A stretch of 63,991 nt of DNA, filler included, from Candidatus Babelota bacterium (GTDB lineage Bacteria > JAGOBX01): assembly GCA_017999075.1 (NCBI GenBank). It is 7 parts of 7 records of this genome, joined end to end, with 100 filler letters (N's around TTAATTAATTAA, not from the genome) between each part and the next. Parts side by side here need not be neighbours in the genome. Positions count along the whole stretch, not along the records: positions 9,604 to 19,077 come from JAGOBX010000105.1; positions 19,178 to 28,550 come from JAGOBX010000106.1; 5 more parts are not named here. One strand, given 5' to 3'. The translations under genes were made by a program, and so were the position numbers. Positions 10,980-22,159 of the stretch are shown piece by piece (position 1 is the first letter of the stretch; every line of letters begins with the position of its first letter). Below the pieces are notes generated by a model. It was given only the letters and a program-made list of their open reading frames with translations. It searched no databases and had not been told where the DNA came from.

Positions 10980-11468
10980 TTATTCCGCAGAAATAAACTT
11001 GCTTATTTCTGGTTCGATTGCATTCGCATAACCAGCAATGTATCCGACCGATTCTATAACCTGTTCAAGCTGCGCGTATGCAGCATTAATTTTTATATAA
11101 TAATTCACATAATTTTTATCATCAGTGTATATTGAAAACGATCCTAAATTTCCTTCATCATCATTACGTTGTAATAGATATTTTAATAAACCTGATGTAA
11201 AGGATTTATTGCTTGATGCTACTGTGGTTCCAATTGAAATTGTTTGCATTTCATCAGATTTAGTAAAAATAACCAAAACTGACCATGCTGCCGGCCAATC
11301 AGGAAGTTTTAAGGAAACATTCCACATTGTGTCCCCGGTAGAAGATAAAAAATTATATCCTGTTTCCTCATATTCTCTTAAATATTTATCAACCTGAGAA
11401 TTTGTCAAAGCAAAACAGCTGGATGATAAAATCAACAAAATAAACATTACAAAAATTTTTTTTTTCAT
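10980..11468 (-). CDS. Exported protein, possibly YbjN/T3SS-chaperone-like fold
   Basis: Signal peptide; pattern LLKYLLQRN...GSFSI resembles YbjN-like domains. Confidence 0.5.
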   Translation of the reverse strand: MKKKIFVMFILLILSSSCFALTNSQVDKYLREYEETGYNFLSSTGDTMWNVSLKLPDWPAAWSVLVIFTKSDEMQTISIGTTVASSNKSFTSGLLKYLLQRNDDEGNLGSFSIYTDDKNYVNYYIKINAAYAQLEQVIESVGYIAGYANAIEPEISKFISAE

Positions 11469-11730
11469 ATAAACACCTTCCTAAAATTAATTAAATTTAA
11501 TAATATATATTATATTAACCCAAAAAATGCAATAAAGTTTTCTGCTTTTCAGTAAAAATCCATATAATGAAAAGGTTTATGCATTATTGAATTCTAATAT
11601 ATTTTTATTATTTGCTCGCTGTTAATTTTTTCTTATCTTAATAATATATATTTGAAGATTATTTTCCGTTTGTTTTTTTATTTTTTGAAACCGATAATTT
11701 TAAAAAAACTAAAAAAAAACAAAATTATGC

Positions 11731-11759
11731 TTGAATTTTCCGGAATTAGTTTGTATAAT
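11731..11759 (+). promoter_or_regulatory. sigma70-type promoter for the MCP gene
   Basis: TTGAAT-N17-TATAAT. Confidence 0.55.
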
Positions 11760-11869
11760 TCATTATAATTAAAATTTGTTTTAATTAAATGTCAGTTTTC
11801 GGGAAACATTCCCTTTATAGCCAAAAACCATTCTGACATTTTTCATTTCACTTTTTCATAGTTTAAAAT

Positions 11870-14224
11870 ATGGAGTTTTATAAAATGAAATTAAATTTAA
11901 ATACAAAATTAATCGGCAGTTTTTGTTTGATAGCATCAATAACTTTACTGGTCGGAATAATTTCTTATGCAAGCATTTCTACTATTGGAAAAAGCATAAA
12001 TATTTTAGTTAATAAAAGTTTTCCGGGATTAGAAAATATTCTTGTTGTAACAAAAGAACTCGAAACTGTAAGAGTAGCTATGAGAACCCTGTTAAATCCT
12101 AATTTATCTTTAGAAGAAAGAGAACGTCAAATCTCAAACATTACTAAATCAAGAGAAACTTACAAAACAGCTTTTGAAAAATATGATAAAATTGAAAAAA
12201 ATCCTGAAATGTCCAAAGTATGGAATGATGCAAAATCTATTATAAATGAATGGAGAGAGGCAAACAATAAAATTTTAGAATATAACAAACAGCTTATAGA
12301 ACTTGACATTCTTAATCCTATGGGATTAAACAGAAACCTTGAAAAATTTACTAAGGACCATTACAAACTTTTTTCAGAAATTTTAAACTCAATACAGTCC
12401 CGGTCTGTTTTTGAAGGAGGCGAAGATCATACTTTATGCAATTTCGGAAAATGGATTGCCGTATACAAAACAAAAAATGAAACAATTAATAACAGTCTTA
12501 AAGAAATTGTTGATTATCATCATAAATTTCATTCAAGCGTAAAAAACATTAAAGATTGTATCAGGAAAGGTAATATGGACGCAGCTGTAAAAATCTTCAA
12601 ATATGAAACTAAACCTGATGCAGAAAATGTTTTTAAACATTTTAACATTATCAATGAAGAATCTCAAAAAGCAGTAGAATTATTCAATCAAATGAGTTAT
12701 CAAAGTATGGTTGTAACACGCGAATATCAGTTAAAAGCGTGGAATTTGATAAATACTTTAGTTAAATACGAAGAAAACTTTGCTGTAAACGAATCGAAAT
12801 CTGCTGAAAGAATACAGACGCAAAGCAAGATGATTTCTTTTGCAATGATAACCGCCGCTGTAATTTTTTCATTATTTTTTGGATTTATCATTTCCAAATC
12901 AATAACAAAACCTATTTATAAAATAGTTGAAATAATGAATAAAGTGTCCGGCGGAGATTTTACAGTTAAATGCGGCATAAAAACAAACGATGAACTTGAA
13001 AAACTCGGGTCAAGTATTGATTCAACCATAACCGCATTAGCTGCTCTGATTTCAGAAATAAAATCTGCTTCAGATAAAATAAAAGATTCAAGCTGTATTC
13101 TTGAAGAGAAAGTGCAGCATATAGCTTCTTCTTCTCAGGAAACAGCGTCAAGCGTAGAAGAAACTTCATCTACAATAGAACAATTCAGTTCTAATTTGCA
13201 GAATGTTACTGAAAATGTAGAAATACAGGCATCCGCAGTAACTCAAACAGTTTCTTCAGCTGCCCAGATGTCAAGTTCTGTAAAAAATGTAAGTTCTTCT
13301 ACCATAGAAGTTAACAATTCCGTAAATCAGACTTCAGCTGCTATTGAAGAAATGACTGCAAGCATTTCTGCTATAACAGATAATATAAACGTAGTTAACA
13401 GTAAGGCAAAAGAAAGCGGAGCAACTGCTAATGAAAGCAAGCAGTCTGTTTTCAGATCAAATGAAGGCATAGAAAAAATACGATCAAGTATGCTTGAACT
13501 GGTAGGCGTAATTGAAGGACTCGGAACAAGCGCTGAAAACATAGGAAACATTGTAGAAGTAATCAACGATATTTCAGAACAAACAAATTTGCTTGCTTTG
13601 AATGCTGCTATTGAAGCAGCCCGCGCAGGAGAACACGGAAAAGGATTTGCCGTAGTTGCTGATGAAGTCAGGAAACTTGCTGAACGCAGTTCCAGATCAA
13701 CGAAAGAAATAGCAGCTATTATTCAGAATATTCAAACAGAAACCAAAAAATCTGTAATATCTACAAGAGACAGCTCAAAATTTGCCGAAGAAGGAGTTAA
13801 ACTTTCAAAAGATGTTGAAAATTCACTTGAAAACATAGTAAAAAAAGTTCAGGAAATAATAAATTTAATTATTCAGGTTGCACAGTCTATGAATGAACAA
13901 AATACTACCAGCCATCAAATAATTAGACAAGTTGAAAATATCCAGTCTATAACTAACAAAGTTACACTGGCTGCCAATGAACAGGAAACCGGAATTAATG
14001 AAATTGTAAAAGAAATGGAAAATGTTGACAGGATAACATCACAAATCAAAACAGCAATGATTGAACAAAAAACCGGAGTTGAACAGATTAATCTCGCTAT
14101 GTCTCAAATTAATCAAGCTGCTCAGGAAAACGCAAAAAACTCTGAAGAACTTCAGGTTGAAGCAGATAATTTAAAAAATATTTCCAATAATTTAAGCAAA
14201 TCAATATCTTTTTTTAAAGTTTAA
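11870..14224 (+). CDS. Methyl-accepting chemotaxis protein (4HB + CZB sensor, HAMP, long signalling domain)
   Basis: Two TMs, [47 protein letters not shown] motifs DH..., [14 protein letters not shown]. Start may be the Met at 11885. Confidence 0.93.
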   Translation: MEFYKMKLNLNTKLIGSFCLIASITLLVGIISYASISTIGKSINILVNKSFPGLENILVVTKELETVRVAMRTLLNPNLSLEERERQISNITKSRETYKTAFEKYDKIEKNPEMSKVWNDAKSIINEWREANNKILEYNKQLIELDILNPMGLNRNLEKFTKDHYKLFSEILNSIQSRSVFEGGEDHTLCNFGKWIAVYKTKNETINNSLKEIVDYHHKFHSSVKNIKDCIRKGNMDAAVKIFKYETKPDAENVFKHFNIINEESQKAVELFNQMSYQSMVVTREYQLKAWNLINTLVKYEENFAVNESKSAERIQTQSKMISFAMITAAVIFSLFFGFIISKSITKPIYKIVEIMNKVSGGDFTVKCGIKTNDELEKLGSSIDSTITALAALISEIKSASDKIKDSSCILEEKVQHIASSSQETASSVEETSSTIEQFSSNLQNVTENVEIQASAVTQTVSSAAQMSSSVKNVSSSTIEVNNSVNQTSAAIEEMTASISAITDNINVVNSKAKESGATANESKQSVFRSNEGIEKIRSSMLELVGVIEGLGTSAENIGNIVEVINDISEQTNLLALNAAIEAARAGEHGKGFAVVADEVRKLAERSSRSTKEIAAIIQNIQTETKKSVISTRDSSKFAEEGVKLSKDVENSLENIVKKVQEIINLIIQVAQSMNEQNTTSHQIIRQVENIQSITNKVTLAANEQETGINEIVKEMENVDRITSQIKTAMIEQKTGVEQINLAMSQINQAAQENAKNSEELQVEADNLKNISNNLSKSISFFKV

Positions 14225-14225
14225 C

Positions 14226-14270
14226 AAAAGACTGGCCTGTTTTAAAAACTGAACAGGCCTGTCTTTTTTT
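14226..14270 (+). terminator. Rho-independent terminator
   Basis: AAAAGAC-T-GGCCTGTT...AACAGGCC-T-GTCTTTT followed by a T run directly after the MCP stop. Confidence 0.85.
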
Positions 14271-14334
14271 ATTATTTACTCATAATTTAAAAAACATTGA
14301 TTTTTAATAGTTATTATTTATAATAACTCATTAA

Positions 14335-16683
14335 ATGAAAAAAAAATTTATTTTCGGTTTATTATTTGTATTGTTATCATTGATTCAATTAAAAAACGGC
14401 GAATGTATCCCATATAATATCCGTATAAACAATTCTATAAGAAATGTTATATCCGCAGTCAATCCTGTTATCACATGGAGTTCAGCAGACACATATTCGC
14501 ATATAAATATCCAAATTTCAAATACTTCTGATTTTTCTTCAAATTATATTGATTCTTCAATCGCGTATTCATTAAATTTTATTGAAATAAAAACAGTTTT
14601 AAATGATACGTATTACGTGCGTATCAGGACTTCTCAAAACAGTTTAAATTATACTGACTGGTCTGATACAGACAATACTGATTATTTCATACTTAACTTA
14701 AAATTTACTGATTTAATTATAAATACCGATACTTTTACTCATAAAAGCAGAATAACATTAACCTGGTTGTTGGAAAAACCGGATTTACAGGTTTTTCAAA
14801 CTAAATACGCAATTTATTCAAAAAAAAACTATTCTGCAGACTGGACAGACTCGACTGGTGAAATAGTTTCTATAGATTATGCCGGTTTAATAATTTTTCC
14901 TGACAGCGGAATATACAACATAAAATTAATATTAACCGATAATTTCGGCAATAAAACCGAATGTATCCCAAACTTAACGGTAATTTATGATACTGCTGAT
15001 TTTACAATTCCTCAGCTTATTAATATTTCTTATACAACTCCATTATCTTATACAGACACCATATTTCAGATCACTTCCATGGTTTATGATTCATCCTTAT
15101 TAAACAATGCAGAACTAATTCTGAGTTCAAACGAAAACGAACTTCATAAAACAAGCATTACTCCTTTAAATAATGCTTTCTTTTCTAAAACAATAACAGG
15201 TCTGAACTTATTGCCATATCAGTTTTTATATGTATCAATAAAATTTTCAGATGAATACGAAAATTCATTGCTTATATCCGACAGTATTCAAATCCACAAT
15301 TTTATTTATGATTTCATCGGTCCTCAAATAACAACATATCCTGAAATAACAGATGCAATAATACAAAATCCAAATTATGAATTAACCGTTATTTCACAGG
15401 ATAGCTCTGCAGTAAAATCAATGATTTTATGGATAAACGGGATTCAGACACTTGACACTTCATCTTCAGCTTGCATACTTAGTTTTACTGAATCAGATAC
15501 AGGGATAATTAAAATAAAAGTACAATCATCAGATTATTACAATAATATTTCAGAAGCGGTATTTTATCTTAAAAAAAACACTTCCGCTAATGCAGATTCG
15601 GAAATTGTTCCATATCTTACGAATCATTCATGGTTAGAAGAACTTCAAAACAGAAATGGAATACTGTATTCAATTCCTTCTTCGATAAAGTTGTATTTTA
15701 ATTCAAAAGTATCAACTGATTCTCCAGCTGTTTATTTATACGATGAAGACGGTTTCATAAAACTTAATCCTGTACAATTGTCAGATACCTCTCTGGAATG
15801 CGTCTTAACCGGAATTCCAATAACCTCATGCGAAAATTATTACATAAAAATTTCCGGAACAGATTATAACAATATTAATTTTAATAATGAAGACAATAAA
15901 ATTTATTTCAAACTTATGGGTTCATCTTCTTTACCTGTAGTTATAAACAAATCTTCAGTTGTGATGGAAATACCTCCGAATACATTTTCAGAACCTTACT
16001 GGATAAACATTGAGAAACTCAACTATTCATCTTCTGATATTCAAACTGCATATCAATCTGACTCTTCAGTATCATATCTGAGAACCAGCAGCGAAAACAT
16101 TTTAAAAATTGACGTTTATTCAAATCTATCAGTTAAATTGAATTCTCTAAATATGCCTGTAAAACTCGGGCTCAAATACTCTGATTCTGACAACAACGGA
16201 ATTATCGACGGCTCGAACAATCTTAACGAACAAAAACTTTACATATCATATCTTGATCCGGTTTCAAACCGTTTTGTCAAACCTGAAAACATTCAATATA
16301 TTGATTATGATTCAAATATCGCCTATATAACTTTATCTCATTTTTCTATATGGGCATTAAGTTATAATTCAGCCGGAAATTCTCTTGCAGAATCAGTTAA
16401 AATTTATCCGTCAGGCAGATATGCTGTTATATCAGAAATTCAATTTTTAACCATAATGCTTCATTCTTCAGGCGGAATTTACGATTTCAAAATTTTTTCA
16501 AAAAACGGTTCTAAAATAAAACAATGGTCGCAAAACTTGCCTGCAGGAAATTTAACCGATACAGTCAAATACGATTTAACTGATTTAAATGGAAAAAAAA
16601 TTAGAACAGGAACATACTTTTTAATGGTAAAATCAAATTTGACAGGTGAAGAGATTATTAAACCGTTTATAGTGGTAGAATAA
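14335..16683 (+). CDS. Secreted beta-rich protein with ZU5-like domain and T9SS/FlgD-Ig-like C-terminal domain
   Basis: Signal peptide; Ig-like strands; EIPPNTF...DSDNNGIIDG...HFSIWAL; C-terminus KIYP...KIF..NG..I...D.NGKKI.TGTY...KPFIVVE. Confidence 0.65.
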   Translation: MKKKFIFGLLFVLLSLIQLKNGECIPYNIRINNSIRNVISAVNPVITWSSADTYSHINIQISNTSDFSSNYIDSSIAYSLNFIEIKTVLNDTYYVRIRTSQNSLNYTDWSDTDNTDYFILNLKFTDLIINTDTFTHKSRITLTWLLEKPDLQVFQTKYAIYSKKNYSADWTDSTGEIVSIDYAGLIIFPDSGIYNIKLILTDNFGNKTECIPNLTVIYDTADFTIPQLINISYTTPLSYTDTIFQITSMVYDSSLLNNAELILSSNENELHKTSITPLNNAFFSKTITGLNLLPYQFLYVSIKFSDEYENSLLISDSIQIHNFIYDFIGPQITTYPEITDAIIQNPNYELTVISQDSSAVKSMILWINGIQTLDTSSSACILSFTESDTGIIKIKVQSSDYYNNISEAVFYLKKNTSANADSEIVPYLTNHSWLEELQNRNGILYSIPSSIKLYFNSKVSTDSPAVYLYDEDGFIKLNPVQLSDTSLECVLTGIPITSCENYYIKISGTDYNNINFNNEDNKIYFKLMGSSSLPVVINKSSVVMEIPPNTFSEPYWINIEKLNYSSSDIQTAYQSDSSVSYLRTSSENILKIDVYSNLSVKLNSLNMPVKLGLKYSDSDNNGIIDGSNNLNEQKLYISYLDPVSNRFVKPENIQYIDYDSNIAYITLSHFSIWALSYNSAGNSLAESVKIYPSGRYAVISEIQFLTIMLHSSGGIYDFKIFSKNGSKIKQWSQNLPAGNLTDTVKYDLTDLNGKKIRTGTYFLMVKSNLTGEEIIKPFIVVE

Positions 16684-18671
16684 TGATTTTAATTAAAAAC
16701 AATATATTTTTGTATATCATCTTTTTTTTGGTTGTTCAACCTGCGGCTTTCGCAAAAGGCGTTGACAGTTCGCTAGGTCAGATGACAAGATCTTTCAGCG
16801 GTAACTTTTATAATGATTGTTTGAGGGCAGGAGTTGGAGGTCAGACTCCTGCTATACTGATGAATCCATCATTAAGTTATTCAGATAAATTTTCTTCTTC
16901 AATAGAACTATATAATCTGAACAAATATTCGAAAGTCGAAAACAATTCAAATTACAACAGCCTTAATTTTATTTTAAAAGAACGGGAATTGTATAAATTC
17001 AATGATATCCAATTCGGATTTCATTACTCAAACTTTTCAGTCAAAGATATTGAAGAATATGATTTAACTGGAACGTTCAGGGGCAAAACTTCAGATGAAG
17101 AATCATTGCTGTTAATAAATGCTAATGTTCCTTTTATAATAAAAAACGAAAAATTCAGAACAGGAATTAACTTTAAATACTATACTCATTCTATTGCTTC
17201 TTACAAGGCAGTTTCGTTCGGAGCTGATGCAGGAATATCATTTTCAAAAAATAATTTCAGTTCAGGATTATCTATCAAAAACATTTTTTCTACAAAACTT
17301 GATTATAAAAATTACGGCGGTAAGATTCCTGTTCAAATCTGCGCAGGAACCGGATACTTATTTCAAATATCAAAAAAATCTAATGTTTCAATTGCATTAG
17401 ATTACATAGCAAAATCCGAAAATACAGATAACTGCTTGGCTTATGGCTTTGATTTCGGTTATCTTTTCACTGATAAATTTACGGCAAATTTTATTTATGG
17501 TTCCGACAATATTTATATATCTCATTCCATTGGCATCAAAATCAATTATGACAAAAAATTAAATTGCGGTTTTTCTTATTCTTTAAATAAAAACCCGGAA
17601 CTCGGCGACAATACTGCGGTTTTCCTCGGATGGAATTTCGGAGTGCTTGAAATAGAACGGTTTGAAAAATACAGTAAAATGGAGAAGGAAGGCGATAATT
17701 TTTATAAATCAGGAGAATGGCTGAACGCTTTAAAATACTGGGAATCCGCATATAAATTATATCCTGCAAAACAAACACGTGCAAAAGTATCTTATGATTT
17801 ATTAAAACAGCAGGTTGATTACAGAGAAAATTACAATTCAAATCTCTTTAGAACAAATACCGAAAATTTTCTCAAAGGAAAAGAGAATTTAAATGCTGGA
17901 AAATTATTTGAATCAATAGGATATTTTTCAGGAATTAAATATAATGATGATCCTAAAAATATGGAATTATTCGAAAAAGCCGGAGATTATATAAAAAAAA
18001 TAAGTCTTATTATATTGGAATCCAAAAGCAAATCTGGAATTACTGATGATTCTACAGTTAAAACAACTCAGGATAAATCATATAATACAGTAACATATGA
18101 TACTGAAAGTTTAAAACAATTTATATCAACTTTTATAGATATGGACAGACTTGAACTGGCAAACTCTTATTTTAAACTTTATTCAAAACACTTTTCAGAT
18201 GCCGATTCATTGATTATACAAAATAAAATCTCATCCAAAAAAATTGAAATTGAAAATAAAGAACTTCTGAAATCAGAATTTTCCTCAATTTCAGAAAAAA
18301 TAAAACAGGCTTTCTCTGAAAACAATTATATATCCGTAATAGAACTTTACATATCGGCAAAATCAAAATTTTCAAATTACAATTTTTTGAATTTTTCTAA
18401 TTTAACCATATATTATGAACAATCAAAAATTAAATTGCAGGAAGCAGAATTAAGATCCAGTAAAACAGAACCTGTAAAAATCGATTATCAGCAGATTGAA
18501 AATTTTTATATAAATGCCGCAAAACATTATCTGAACTATCTCCAGACAAACAGCAAATCAGAATTGATTCAAAGTATAGGGTTTTACGAAAAAATCCTTG
18601 AGATTGATCCGCTCCACAAATGCAGGGCTGATTATGAAAAAGCAAAAGCTTTGATTAAATCTATGGAGTAA
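16683..18671 (+). CDS. PorV/PorQ-like (UPF0164-type) beta-barrel with C-terminal TPR/helical region
   Basis: Signal peptide, NPS motif, GINFKYY, FGADAG, GLSIKN, NPELGDN; TPR-like C-half; overlaps the upstream stop (TAATG). Confidence 0.65.
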   Translation: MILIKNNIFLYIIFFLVVQPAAFAKGVDSSLGQMTRSFSGNFYNDCLRAGVGGQTPAILMNPSLSYSDKFSSSIELYNLNKYSKVENNSNYNSLNFILKERELYKFNDIQFGFHYSNFSVKDIEEYDLTGTFRGKTSDEESLLLINANVPFIIKNEKFRTGINFKYYTHSIASYKAVSFGADAGISFSKNNFSSGLSIKNIFSTKLDYKNYGGKIPVQICAGTGYLFQISKKSNVSIALDYIAKSENTDNCLAYGFDFGYLFTDKFTANFIYGSDNIYISHSIGIKINYDKKLNCGFSYSLNKNPELGDNTAVFLGWNFGVLEIERFEKYSKMEKEGDNFYKSGEWLNALKYWESAYKLYPAKQTRAKVSYDLLKQQVDYRENYNSNLFRTNTENFLKGKENLNAGKLFESIGYFSGIKYNDDPKNMELFEKAGDYIKKISLIILESKSKSGITDDSTVKTTQDKSYNTVTYDTESLKQFISTFIDMDRLELANSYFKLYSKHFSDADSLIIQNKISSKKIEIENKELLKSEFSSISEKIKQAFSENNYISVIELYISAKSKFSNYNFLNFSNLTIYYEQSKIKLQEAELRSSKTEPVKIDYQQIENFYINAAKHYLNYLQTNSKSELIQSIGFYEKILEIDPLHKCRADYEKAKALIKSME

Positions 18672-18679
18672 TTTAATTA

Positions 18680-19077
18680 ATGAAATTATCAATAAAATAT
18701 AAGTTATCAGCTATAATACTTATATTTGTAATTATATCAGTTTTCATAACTTCATTTGTTGCTATTTACAGAAACCAGAAGTATTTTACGATTTTTTTTC
18801 AAAAAAAATCAAATGAAAAAAAAATAAGCTACAAAAACAAACGTGAAAAATTATTTTATTTGTATTCCGAACTTTCTTCAAAATATGAAAACCTTTACAA
18901 AACAAATATTTCAAATGATTTCGGCAGATTTTGTGAAAATATCAAATCAGACTTGATTATTGAATCTCTTCCTGCTCAAACAGAAACATTATCCGCCTTA
19001 TCTTCAAAATATAAATCTAAAAATATTCTTCTAATTGAAAAAAATAATATTATTCAAATTGCAAACGATATTAATAT
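18680..19077 (+). CDS. Membrane-anchored sensor protein, truncated
   Basis: MKLSIKYKL plus TM helix typical of HAMP-containing sensors; runs into the linker. Confidence 0.5.
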
Positions 19078-19353
19078 NNNNNNNNNNNNNNNNNNNNNNN
19101 NNNNNNNNNNNNNNNNNNNNNTTAATTAATTAANNNNNNNNNNNNNNNNNNNNNNNNNNNNNNNNNNNNNNNNNNNNGAAGTGAAAGAAAAATGAATTTT
19201 TTAGTGTATCATAAAATATTAAAAAATTGCGCCATAAATAATGATGATGATTCAAAAAAAATTATGCTTAGATTAATAATACTTTTTATTTTGTTTGTAT
19301 TTATAAGAACAGCTTTAGCCTGATTTTGTTTTAAAATTTAATTAGATTCTGAG

Positions 19354-19764
19354 ATGTTAAAAATGTTAAAAAACAGCAGTTTAAGCAAAAGTTTTTTATA
19401 TATAACACTTTTCATTACTATAAGAATATTTTTTTTATTATCTATGATATTTATAGTAATGAAAGAATCTGAAATAACAATATCCGGCTATTATATAACT
19501 CATTATAAAATATTTTTGTGTGCAGTTGGAATATATATAATTGATTATGTAGTATCTTTCGTGATAAATTTAAGAGAAAATTTATTTGGAAATAAAACTG
19601 ACTTCAATATATTCGGTTTTTTATCTTTGATTTTGTTTATTACAATTTTTCTTTCATCAATATACAATACAACTCCTGAAGACTTAATAAAAACGTCTGC
19701 AATTATAATTTTATTTTTAATCATAAAGTATTCATCTAATCCCAAGATAAGATATAATTTATAA
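19354..19764 (+). CDS. Hypothetical 4-TM membrane protein
   Basis: Hydrophobic ORF coupled to the next gene (TAATG). Confidence 0.55.
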   Translation: MLKMLKNSSLSKSFLYITLFITIRIFFLLSMIFIVMKESEITISGYYITHYKIFLCAVGIYIIDYVVSFVINLRENLFGNKTDFNIFGFLSLILFITIFLSSIYNTTPEDLIKTSAIIILFLIIKYSSNPKIRYNL

Positions 19765-20579
19765 TGTTATGTTCATCTGAACTTTTTAATCATAAAAGTT
19801 GTATCTCAGGGACAGTACATTCCATATTCAACACTTCTGTAAATCTTGCCTATAATTCTGACAAAATAATCACTTTACTTAATGAAAATAGATTTCTTTT
19901 GCCTTATGGGATTATTTTTTCAAGCAGAATTTTTGATCAATTAATAAAAAATATTGATATAGGAGAACAATTTAATTTAGATAGCGGTGTTTTGAATGTC
20001 GGACATAAATTTTCAGTTAAAATGAGTGAATTCAATGTTAACGTCCGAACGAATTCCAGGATATTTGATTTTATACTGATTAGAAAATCAATAGACGAAT
20101 TATTTGTTAATTATTCAAACACTTATAAGAATTATTTTAAAATTGAATCAGTTCAGGAATTGTTTTCCGAAATGGAAAAATTGTTTTATAATGGTTCTTT
20201 GATTAAATATCTCATAGGCCGCGGACCAGGGTTAACTCCTTCAGGTGACGACATTATATGCGGATTCATTTATTATTTCAGAAACTGTATTGACAAAAAT
20301 GAAAATATTGAAATAATTAGTTTTCTGAATGAAGATAAAATTATTCCACATTTGAATAAAACCTGTATATTTTCCGGAAATATGATAAAATATGCAATAG
20401 AAAATTGTTATAATGAATTTTTTGATAAAATTTCAATATATTCGGTTTCTTCGAATTATAATGAATTAAAAAAAATAATAGAAACCAAACACGGCTCTTA
20501 TTCCGGGTTTGACTCTGTTGCAGGGTTATGTTTTGCTGAGTATTTAAACAGAAAAATTCGGAAAAATGAGATTAAATAA
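19764..20579 (+). CDS. DUF2877 / AllH-like family protein
   Basis: LIGRGPGLTPSGDD..G signature and G.YSG.D...G near the C-terminus. Confidence 0.8.
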   Translation: MLCSSELFNHKSCISGTVHSIFNTSVNLAYNSDKIITLLNENRFLLPYGIIFSSRIFDQLIKNIDIGEQFNLDSGVLNVGHKFSVKMSEFNVNVRTNSRIFDFILIRKSIDELFVNYSNTYKNYFKIESVQELFSEMEKLFYNGSLIKYLIGRGPGLTPSGDDIICGFIYYFRNCIDKNENIEIISFLNEDKIIPHLNKTCIFSGNMIKYAIENCYNEFFDKISIYSVSSNYNELKKIIETKHGSYSGFDSVAGLCFAEYLNRKIRKNEIK

Positions 20580-20721
20580 GTTTTATAAATTTATAAAAAA
20601 TTCTGCATTGCTTTTTTAAATATTTGATTTTATAATAAAAATCGTAAATGTGTTTTTATAGGGATAAGAGCGTGTTTTTACGGCTCATATCAATTTTATA
20701 ATAATTGTTGATTATATTATT

Positions 20722-21642
20722 ATGATAATATTATCCTTTTTTTTAATTCCAGTCATAATTTTTTTAATTATAAAACTTGTGTTTTATTTTAGAAAAAAAA
20801 AATTATTAACTCAGTATTATAATAATGCAGTATTGTTTCTTGATTCTGAAAAGTTTGAAGAATTAATAGAATATTCTTATAAAATGCTTAAATTGTTTCC
20901 TGAAAATTTTCATATTCATTATTATCTTGCGACATCTTATGCATATTTGAATGACCCTGAAAATGCTGTTCCGCATATTGAAAAATCATTGGCTATTAAT
21001 TCTAAATTCAGTGATGCGCATTATACATACGGATATATTTCAAATTTTTTGCTTGGTAAACCTGACCAGGCTGTTGAACATTTACAGATGGCAATATCAT
21101 TGAACTCTTCAAATGAAAATTATTATAATACATTGTCTGCCGCGTATTCCGAACTTAACCGTTTTGACGATGCTGAAGCAGCGGTTGAAAATGCATTGAA
21201 GATTAACCCTGATTTTATTGACGGATTGAACAATAAAGGCGTTATTCAATTAAAAAAAGGAAAAATTTTTGATGCAATAAAAACTTTCAAACACGCTTGC
21301 GGAATTAATGGTTCCGATTCGGAATTACTTTGCAATCTCGGCAATGCTTATTCTATTGCTCAGGAATATGACGATGCAGTTAAATGTTTTAACAGCGCTT
21401 TGAAATATAAAGAGGATTCATATATTTATTACTGGCTTGGAAGCGCTGAATATCTATCGGGAAAAACTTCCGATGCAGTGAATCATTTCAATAAAAGCAT
21501 AGAACTTGATCCTAATAATGCTCATTCGTATTATCTTCTGGCATTAATATATCAGAAAAATGGAGATACTGCATCAGCGAAATTACATTGGGATAAAGCT
21601 CTTGCTATTGATCCTGAAATAAAAAATAAAGTGATTATATGA
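20722..21642 (+). CDS. Membrane-anchored TPR protein
   Basis: N-terminal TM followed by about 8 TPRs (A...F..AL..NP). Confidence 0.85.
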   Translation: MIILSFFLIPVIIFLIIKLVFYFRKKKLLTQYYNNAVLFLDSEKFEELIEYSYKMLKLFPENFHIHYYLATSYAYLNDPENAVPHIEKSLAINSKFSDAHYTYGYISNFLLGKPDQAVEHLQMAISLNSSNENYYNTLSAAYSELNRFDDAEAAVENALKINPDFIDGLNNKGVIQLKKGKIFDAIKTFKHACGINGSDSELLCNLGNAYSIAQEYDDAVKCFNSALKYKEDSYIYYWLGSAEYLSGKTSDAVNHFNKSIELDPNNAHSYYLLALIYQKNGDTASAKLHWDKALAIDPEIKNKVII

Positions 21643-21664
21643 TTTTTCAAGGAGAGAATAAACA

Positions 21665-22141
21665 ATGGAATTGATCGAATTTTTAAAATCTGTGGAATTG
21701 TTTAATTTTTGTCCTGAAGATTATTTGAATGTTATATCAAAAATAATTGTAATAAACGAATATAATGATTCTGATGTTATATTTGAAGAAGGCAGCAACT
21801 CGGACAATCTTTATATTGTAAAACAGGGTAAAATAAAAATTGTGAAAAAAATAGTTGATGCAGAGATTAAAGTTCTTGCAACTTTGAAATCAGGAGATTT
21901 TTTCGGCGAACTTTCTATTTTTGATAATGAACCAAGGTCAGCCTCAGCAATTGCGTTTGGTTCTGAAAAAATAATAATTTTATCAATTAAAAAGGAAGAA
22001 CTTATAAATTTTAATTATAATTATCCGCATATAATGAATTTGATTTTGCAAAATATCATAATTACTTTAAGCGGCAGGATGCGTAAAATTAACGAACAAT
22101 TACGGGATAAGGTTTTTTGGGGATTTACTTCAAAAAAATAA
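21665..22141 (+). CDS. Stand-alone cyclic nucleotide-binding domain protein
   Basis: IFEEG, LYIV..G.I.I, GDFFGELS, PRSASA; no HTH. Confidence 0.88.
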   Translation: MELIEFLKSVELFNFCPEDYLNVISKIIVINEYNDSDVIFEEGSNSDNLYIVKQGKIKIVKKIVDAEIKVLATLKSGDFFGELSIFDNEPRSASAIAFGSEKIIILSIKKEELINFNYNYPHIMNLILQNIIITLSGRMRKINEQLRDKVFWGFTSKK

Positions 22142-22159
22142 AATTATCGGGTTTAAAAT

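Noticed and set aside
11689-11697. ACCGATAA as sigma28 -10 for the MCP
   Set aside because: No TAAA -35 at the proper spacing; a better sigma70 match lies downstream.
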